DNA of 35,940 nucleotides from Bryobacteraceae bacterium. GTDB taxonomy: Bacteria; Acidobacteriota; Terriglobia; Bryobacterales; Bryobacteraceae. Positions 30,581 to 35,940 of the stretch are shown in pieces. Numbering within the stretch: the first letter of the stretch is position 1; each line of letters starts with the position of its first letter. The notes below the pieces were generated by a model, which did no database searches, was not told the DNA's origin, and saw nothing but the letters and a program-made list of their open reading frames with translations. Position numbers and translations under genes: made by a program. The DNA lies in contig JBAWDI010000025.1 of NCBI GenBank assembly GCA_049590695.1, positions 1-35,940 of the forward strand. Reading direction: 5' to 3'.

Positions 30581-30624
30581 AAACTTCCGCCTTTACGCCC
30601 CAGCCCCTGTGCGAACCTGATAGT

Positions 30625-31320
30625 GTGAGCGATCGCCAACTGTCGGATCCGCTGCGGTTCCTTCTGCGGGCGCTGGTATTGCTGGCGCTCATGCTGGCGC
30701 TGTGGTGGCTGGTCCTCCTCAATCCGCTGCTGGCCGGCTTGCGCCTTTCCGCGGAGTGGACACTGCGGCTTCTGCCCGGCGGCAGCTCGGTGTCGCACGT
30801 CATCATCGGCCCCGACCGGAGTTGGACTTTCCAGGTGCCGGCGCCCGCGGCCGTGGTGAACCAGGAGAAAACGCAGCAACTGCTGGGGGCCGCGGCGGCG
30901 GGTGCCGGGCGCATCAAGATCCGTTCCATGAAGGTGGAAGGCACCGCCCGATACCCCATCCTGTTTACCGTCTCGCTTCCGCTCTTCTGGGCGATCCTGC
31001 TGGCCGCGCCGGGACGCCCGCGGCTGTGGCGGATGGCATGCGGAACGGCGGTGCTGGCGGCCGTCGCGCTCCTATCCATCGCGGTTTACGCCGTCCGGCT
31101 CGTCGGCGGATACTTTCAATTGACGACCGAAGGCTTTCCCGGATTCCTGATGGATTCCGCCGTGTACCTGGCCACGGGTGTGGTGCCCTATTTGGGTCCG
31201 GTGCTGGTGGCACTCTCGCTCGATGGGGAGCTTCGCGGTCTGATCCTGTCCGGCGGCGAGGCTGCGCCGGCCGCGGCATCGGCAGTACCGGCGGCTCCAC
31301 GGCGCCGCAGAAGGCGCTGA
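30625..31320 (+). CDS. Multi-pass membrane protein, probable exosortase-associated partner
   Basis: GTG at 30625 is the first in-frame start after the tRNA; the track start at 30298 runs through the tRNA and is rejected. The product is hydrophobic (LRALVLLALMLALWWLVLLNPLLAGL.., ILFTVSLPLFWAILLAAP..). The gene lies immediately upstream of the exosortase-like gene. Confidence 0.6.
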   Translation: MSDRQLSDPLRFLLRALVLLALMLALWWLVLLNPLLAGLRLSAEWTLRLLPGGSSVSHVIIGPDRSWTFQVPAPAAVVNQEKTQQLLGAAAAGAGRIKIRSMKVEGTARYPILFTVSLPLFWAILLAAPGRPRLWRMACGTAVLAAVALLSIAVYAVRLVGGYFQLTTEGFPGFLMDSAVYLATGVVPYLGPVLVALSLDGELRGLILSGGEAAPAAASAVPAAPRRRRRR

Positions 31321-31343
31321 CGCCATGGTATTCTGGCGGATCG

Positions 31344-31922
31344 ATGGCACGTAAACCTACCCCCAGCCAGACTCGGGCCGCGCAGGCGGAGCAGGCCGGC
31401 GCGCCGCCGCGGCAGAACCGGATGCTCCGCTTCCTGGTGCTATTCCCGATCTTCCTGGCGGTGGGATTTTGCGCTTTGCTGATTCCGTTCCTGCATCCGG
31501 CGATCACGGCCTTCACTCGCGGCCTGGTGGAGATTTCCGCCATCGTGATTCGCCTGTTCGGCGGCAACGCGGCCGCGCAGCAGGTGATCCTGCGGAATCC
31601 GTCGAACGGCTTCGCCATGGAGGTGCTGGATGGCTGCAACGGAGACGATGTCGTGGTCCTGTTGTGGGCGGCCATTCTGGCCTATCCGGCGTCCTGGCTG
31701 CAGAAGGGCAAGGGCCTGCTGGCCGGCACCGCGACGATTTACGTCATCAACTTTCTGCGCATCATCAGCCTTTTCTACCTGGGCCAATATAATGCGCAGT
31801 GGTTCGAGTTCGCGCACCTTTATGTATGGGAGAGCGTGTTTGTGCTCCTCACACTGACCATTTTCTGGATGTGGGTACGGCGCATGGCGACGCCGCTTGA
31901 GAAATCCGAACCTATGGTTTAG
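31344..31922 (+). CDS. Small exosortase/archaeosortase-family transpeptidase (XrtH-like size class)
   Basis: The 192-aa product has the three family signature positions in order: Cys in VLDGCNGDD, Arg in YVINFLRI and His in FEFAHLYVWE. Four or five transmembrane segments are present. An alternative start lies at MLRFLVLF. Confidence 0.7.
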   Translation: MARKPTPSQTRAAQAEQAGAPPRQNRMLRFLVLFPIFLAVGFCALLIPFLHPAITAFTRGLVEISAIVIRLFGGNAAAQQVILRNPSNGFAMEVLDGCNGDDVVVLLWAAILAYPASWLQKGKGLLAGTATIYVINFLRIISLFYLGQYNAQWFEFAHLYVWESVFVLLTLTIFWMWVRRMATPLEKSEPMV

Positions 31923-31931
31923 AAGTCTCAT

Positions 31932-32258
31932 ATGCGCTTCACCTCCCGCGCCATCCAGCCGGCGGTGTTGGAGGCCTGCCACAGCTTCCCCGCCGTGGTG
32001 GTGACCGTGCCGGAATTGTTCGACTACATCCGAACCTGCATCGAGCGAGACCCTCGCAAAATGGGGCAATGGCTGTTCACGGGGTCCCAGGAGGCGCCTC
32101 TGATGCAGGGTGTCACCGAGTCCATGGCCGGGCGCGCGGTCACGAATTTCCCAGTGGCCAGGGTGGGCTGTGGTCCATCGCGAATCGACGACGGCCCTGC
32201 CGACCCGGGCGCTGGCGCCGGCGGTCGAGGCGCTGGATGTGCGGGCATTTGTGGATGA
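31932..32258 (+). pseudogene. Possible degenerate remnant of an AAA_14/DUF4143-type ATPase gene
   Basis: LFTGSQEAPLMQGVTESMAGRAV resembles the TGSQ...ES[LM]AGR block of that family. No P-loop is present, the segment order looks scrambled, and the ORF decays into Gly/Ala/Arg-rich sequence. Confidence 0.25.
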
Positions 32259-32332
32259 CCTGAAGAGCGGGTCCGAACGATCGGCGAAGGCCGCGGCGCG
32301 CCAGCCGCGCAAAGCGAAATGAGGGCGGCGGC

Positions 32333-33610
32333 CTAACCCGGTTTGCGGCCGGCCTTCCAACGGGCGATTTCGGCTACGCCCCGGATGGCGGCATCGATAT
32401 GCTCTTCCGTATTGAAGGGGCCGATGGAGAACCGCACGGTGCCATGGATCCCGGCCGTTCCGAGCTGGCGGTGCGCCAGCGGGGCGCAATCGAGACCCGT
32501 GCGAGTGGCGATGTTGTGGTCCACGTCCAGCATGGTTCCGAGGTCCGCAGCTTCCAGACCGTCGAGGTTCATGGCGATGGTGGGCAGGTGATTCGCCAGG
32601 CTCTGGCAGCAGTACAGGCGCACGCCGGGGATGGCGCGCAAGCCAGCCACTAGTCTGGCCGCCAGTTTCATCCCGGCGGCGTGGATATTCGCTAAGCCGC
32701 GGCTCTCCAGCCAGTCTTGCCCCGCCCAGAGCGCGGCCACCCCCACCATGTTCGGCGTGCCGTATTCCAGTCTCCAGGGGTACTCTTCCGGGTGATAGGG
32801 ATCGGCCGACCGCACTCCCGTTCCGCCGCTGCGAACCTGCCGGATTTCGACGTGCTTGCGGACCGACAGGCCGCCGAGGCCCATCGACCCCATCAGGCAC
32901 TTGTGGCCCGTGAAGACCAGGACATCGATGTTCATTCCCTGCATGTCGATGGGGATGGCGCCCGCGGTTTGAGCCGTGTCGACCAGGAACGTCACGCCCT
33001 TCTCCCGGCAGACGCCGCCAATTTCCTTGACGGGCTGAACGGTGCCGATCACGTTCGAGCCATGGTTCACCACCACCAGCGCGGTGTTGGGCCGGATCGC
33101 CTTGGCGATGTCGCCGGGGTCGATAAACCCGGCTCCGTCGAACGGAACGAAGGTGGCTTCCACGCCGCCGTCGCGCACCAGGTGATGGATGGGGCGGATC
33201 ACCGAATTGTGCTCGAGATTCGTGGTAACCACGTGGTCGCCGGGCTTGAGCAAACCGGGAATCGCCAGGTTCAGGGCATCCGTGGCGTTGTAGCCGAACG
33301 ACAGGCGCTCGGGCGCATCTTCATCGCCGCCGAAGAACCGCGTCAGCCGTTGGCGCAGGTTATCGAGGAGCAAGCCCGCTTCCAGCGCCAGGTCGAAGCC
33401 GCTTCGTCCGGGGTTCACCCCGGCGCCGCGGTAAAAGTCGATCATGAAGCGGTAAACGCCCTCCGGCTTGGGCCAGGTGGTGGAGGCATTGTCCAGGTAA
33501 ATGAGCTGGTTGTCGAGGGGCTCCAATTTCAGGTCCTTTCCCCCGAACAGTATATCGTGGGGCAGGCCATCGTTTTCCGTGGCCCTGTCACCTGTTGCCC
33601 GCAATTGCAT
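32333..33610 (-). CDS. Class V aminotransferase / cysteine desulfurase-like PLP enzyme
   Basis: IYLDNASTTWPKP, NATDALN, NLEHNSV, LVDTAQTAG and FTGHKCLMG (PLP-binding Lys) are the class V fold motifs. The start is uncertain. Candidates are ATG at 33610, ATG at 33631, or TTG at 33526 preceded by GGGGGAAAGG. The last would give a family-typical ~397 aa. Confidence 0.8.
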   Translation of the reverse strand: MQLRATGDRATENDGLPHDILFGGKDLKLEPLDNQLIYLDNASTTWPKPEGVYRFMIDFYRGAGVNPGRSGFDLALEAGLLLDNLRQRLTRFFGGDEDAPERLSFGYNATDALNLAIPGLLKPGDHVVTTNLEHNSVIRPIHHLVRDGGVEATFVPFDGAGFIDPGDIAKAIRPNTALVVVNHGSNVIGTVQPVKEIGGVCREKGVTFLVDTAQTAGAIPIDMQGMNIDVLVFTGHKCLMGSMGLGGLSVRKHVEIRQVRSGGTGVRSADPYHPEEYPWRLEYGTPNMVGVAALWAGQDWLESRGLANIHAAGMKLAARLVAGLRAIPGVRLYCCQSLANHLPTIAMNLDGLEAADLGTMLDVDHNIATRTGLDCAPLAHRQLGTAGIHGTVRFSIGPFNTEEHIDAAIRGVAEIARWKAGRKPG

Positions 33611-33629
33611 CTCTAAAGATGGAGTTCTC

Positions 33630-34484
33630 ATGCAGACCGCTGGCTTCAGCACGATTCTTTGCCCCGTGGATTTCAGCGAACTTTCGGCCCAGGCCCTCCG
33701 CCACGCCGCTGCGCTGGCGAAGTGCGGCGACGCCAGGATTGTGGCGGCATACGCCAACTGGTTCGAAGCGCCGCCTTACTTCACCGAGGGCCGCTTGGCG
33801 GAGCTGGAGAGCCAGTTTCGAGAGTCCATGGGGGAGGCCGGGCAGAGTCTGAAGGACTTCGTAAAGTCGACACTCGGCGACGGCGCCGCGGCGGTGGAAA
33901 CCCGCGTGGTCGATGGGCTGCCGGTGGATGCCATAACAGATCTGACGGAGAGCACCCATGCCGACCTGGTCGTAATGGGCACCCACGGCCGAACCGGTTT
34001 CAACCACTGGATGCTGGGTTCGGTGACCGAGCGGATCTTGCGCGAAAGCCCGGTCCCGCTGCTCACGGTCCGCGGCGCGCCGGCGGGGCCGGTTCGTCAA
34101 ATTCTGTGTCCGATCGATGGCACGGACATCTCGCGCCACGCGTTCCGCCTGGCCGCCGATCTGGGCGCGTGTTTCGACGCCACCGTCACGGCCCTCTATG
34201 TGAATGAAGGCGGTCCGGACCAGGCCCCGCCGGACATTTGCGACTGGATTCCCGCCGAAGAGCGCCAACGCTGCCGCGTCCGCGAGTTGGTGCGGCACGG
34301 AGACCCGGCCGAGGAGATCATTGCGCTCGCATCCGCGGAGGGATGCGACCTCATTGTGCTGGGTGCGCCCCGCCGGCACTTCTTCGAGGGTATGGTCCTG
34401 GGAACGACGACCCTGCGCGCGGTCCGGCACGCACCGTGTCCGGTAATGACGGTCAGTGGACCGAGGAAGGTTACTCATGCCTGA
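33630..34484 (+). CDS. Tandem universal stress protein (two UspA domains)
   Basis: There are two repeats of the Usp pattern. The first runs ILCPVDFSE...LVVMGTHGRTGFNHWMLGSVTERILRESPVPLLTV. The second runs ILCPIDGTD...LIVLGAPRRHFFEGMVLGTTTLRAVRHAPCPVMTV. Confidence 0.85.
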   Translation: MQTAGFSTILCPVDFSELSAQALRHAAALAKCGDARIVAAYANWFEAPPYFTEGRLAELESQFRESMGEAGQSLKDFVKSTLGDGAAAVETRVVDGLPVDAITDLTESTHADLVVMGTHGRTGFNHWMLGSVTERILRESPVPLLTVRGAPAGPVRQILCPIDGTDISRHAFRLAADLGACFDATVTALYVNEGGPDQAPPDICDWIPAEERQRCRVRELVRHGDPAEEIIALASAEGCDLIVLGAPRRHFFEGMVLGTTTLRAVRHAPCPVMTVSGPRKVTHA

Positions 34485-34566
34485 GTGGCTGATCTACGCG
34501 CTTGTTCTGGTGGGCTATTTCGTTGTGATGAAGTGGGTGCTGCCCCGATTTGGGGTGCCCACTTGA
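34477..34566 (+). CDS. Possible 29-aa single-TM micro-protein
   Basis: It is not in the supplied track because it is too short. The ATG at 34477 overlaps the usp 3' end by 8 nt. The product is MPEWLIYALVLVGYFVVMKWVLPRFGVPT-stop, a clean hydrophobic helix followed by basic residues. Confidence 0.3.
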   Translation: MPEWLIYALVLVGYFVVMKWVLPRFGVPT

Positions 34567-34686
34567 ATGGCCAACTCCTGCGACGCCGCGGCGCGGCGTG
34601 AAAAGAACACGGGAGAACCGGCGGCTGCCCCGGAAAACCGACAACCCTGAACCGCCGGCGTTATCCTGGAATCGGGTGAAACTACC

Positions 34687-35094
34687 ATGCAAGCTGCCGG
34701 CACCATTCAGTATGGCTATGTGCGCGATGTGGCGCTCCCCTTCGAGGAGGCCATCGCCAAGACCGAAGCTGTGCTCAAAACCGAGGGCTTCGGGGTTCTG
34801 TGTCAGATCGATATACAGGCCAAGCTCAAAGAAAAGCTGGGAGTGGACTTCCCGCGGTATGTGATTCTGGGCGCCTGCAACCCGCCCATCGCCTACCAGG
34901 CTCTCCAGCGGGAAATCAACCTCGGATTGCTGTTGCCCTGCAACGTCGTGGTGTACGAACAGGGCGGAGTGGTCCGCGTGGGCGCGGTGGATGCCGTGAA
35001 AATGTTGTCCGTGGTGGGGAACGCCGCCATGGAAGCAATGGCACGGCAGGTAAACGAGAAACTCCGCCGCGCGGTGGACACCGTGGCGGCTTGA
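34687..35094 (+). CDS. DUF302 domain protein
   Basis: [41 protein letters not shown]...[12 protein letters not shown] is the characteristic DUF302 sequence. Confidence 0.85.
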   Translation: MQAAGTIQYGYVRDVALPFEEAIAKTEAVLKTEGFGVLCQIDIQAKLKEKLGVDFPRYVILGACNPPIAYQALQREINLGLLLPCNVVVYEQGGVVRVGAVDAVKMLSVVGNAAMEAMARQVNEKLRRAVDTVAA

Positions 35095-35159
35095 GCTTGT
35101 CACCTGGAGTATTTCCTCTGCATCTAGGTTTGTGAAACCGCAATTCCAATTCAAATCCT

Positions 35160-35940
35160 ATGCGAAAGACACTCTTCCTTTTGTTTTCCGGGTACCTATG
35201 GGCTCAGGACCCGCTCTCGCTACGCGATGCAGTGCGCCTCGCCATCCGCGAAAACAAGGCCATCGCAGCCACCGCCGCGGGAGCGCAGGCCTCCCAGGCG
35301 CGCATAACGGAGGCGCGCAGCGGGCGGCTGCCCAAGGTCAACTACTCCGAATCCTTCGCGCGCAGCGACAACCCCGTATTCGTGTTCAGCTCCTTGCTGA
35401 CCCAGCACCAGTTTGGCGCCGAGGACTTCAACATAGGTCCGCTGAACCGGCCCGACTTTCTGAATAACTTCCAATCGCAAGTCACCCTCGACCAGGTGTT
35501 GTACGATGCGGGCCAAACCCGCACCGCGGTCAAGTCCGCTCAACTGGCGAGTGAGTTGACGGGGGAGGAGCAGCGGCGCGTCGAGATGGACGTCATCTCC
35601 GGAGTGGCCCGGGCTTACTACGGAGTGGTGTTGGCCGCGGAGAGTCTCAAGACAGCGGAGCAGGCGGTGCTCTCGGCGGAAGCCGATCTGAAACGCGCCG
35701 AGTCGGTTCACGCGGCGGGCATGTCCACCGATGTGGATGTGCTTTCCATCCGCGTGCACCTGGCGGGCGTCCAGGAGCAGCGCATCACGCGCGCGGCCGA
35801 TCTGAATGTCGCCAAGGCCGCGCTCAACGATGCCCTCGGGCTGCCGCTCGATACGCCCCACACGCTGACCACCGCTCTGGCGCCGCTGGCCCCCACCGGC
35901 GCCGCTCTCGCCGGCCTGGAGCAGGCGGCTTCCACCGGCC
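35160..35940 (+). CDS. TolC-family outer membrane efflux protein, N-terminal part (continues beyond the window)
   Basis: It is not in the track because no stop lies in the window. The ATG at 35160 gives MRKTLFLLFSGYLWAQDPLSLRDAVRLAIRENKAI...VNYSESFARSDNPVFVF...LDQVLYDAGQTRTAVKSAQL, the typical TolC/OMF N-terminal repeat. Confidence 0.8.
   Translation, partial: MRKTLFLLFSGYLWAQDPLSLRDAVRLAIRENKAIAATAAGAQASQARITEARSGRLPKVNYSESFARSDNPVFVFSSLLTQHQFGAEDFNIGPLNRPDFLNNFQSQVTLDQVLYDAGQTRTAVKSAQLASELTGEEQRRVEMDVISGVARAYYGVVLAAESLKTAEQAVLSAEADLKRAESVHAAGMSTDVDVLSIRVHLAGVQEQRITRAADLNVAKAALNDALGLPLDTPHTLTTALAPLAPTGAALAGLEQAASTG

Noticed and set aside
30298-30624. The 5' third of track ORF 30298-31320, which runs across the TPM gene start and tRNA-Gln.
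   Set aside because: It overlaps a well-folded tRNA and the antisense strand of the TPM gene. The membrane protein more plausibly starts at GTG 30625.

Overview
This is a high-GC bacterial chromosomal segment, most likely Acidobacteriota of the Solibacter/Bryobacter type. The taxonomic guess rests on a 917-aa secreted protein ending in what I recognise as the Solibacter-type C-terminal module, plus exosortase, CHAT/TPR and ECF sigma genes. The backbone is ordinary. It holds an envelope-biogenesis cluster (TamB/AsmA-like, SurA-like, BamA), a ThiF/MoeB-type E1 enzyme, a transglutaminase, and an ECF sigma/anti-sigma pair coupled to a CHAT-TPR protein. It also holds a TPM/nucleotidyltransferase/LemA/ferredoxin operon, tRNA-Gln(CUG), an exosortase pair, a class-V aminotransferase, tandem Usp, DUF302 and a TolC-like gene. 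The stand-out region is a ~6.5 kb island (about 10280-16756) inserted at the 3' end of the thiF-like gene. It is bracketed by ~330-bp direct repeats of that 3' end, about 91% identical with mostly synonymous differences. The island has no integrase. It carries one tightly packed five-gene operon: a calcineurin-like metallophosphoesterase with a helical tail, an all-helical protein, two divergent P-loop GTPase-like proteins and a 684-aa protein with no family I can name. I read this as a candidate NTPase-switch conflict (anti-phage) system. The displaced thiF fragment is split by a ~285-bp MITE with 20-bp terminal inverted repeats and a target-site duplication, and a hicBA toxin-antitoxin pair follows immediately. 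Secondary oddities are an orphan lysis-like cassette whose GH24 lysozyme has Cys at the catalytic Asp position, a ~360-bp AT-rich intergenic tract with palindromes upstream of the CHAT operon, and a perfect 14-bp hairpin in the surA-like leader. No rRNA genes or CRISPR arrays are present. Many long ORFs in the supplied track are antisense artefacts of high GC content. All homology statements come from reading motifs by eye, because no searches could be run.
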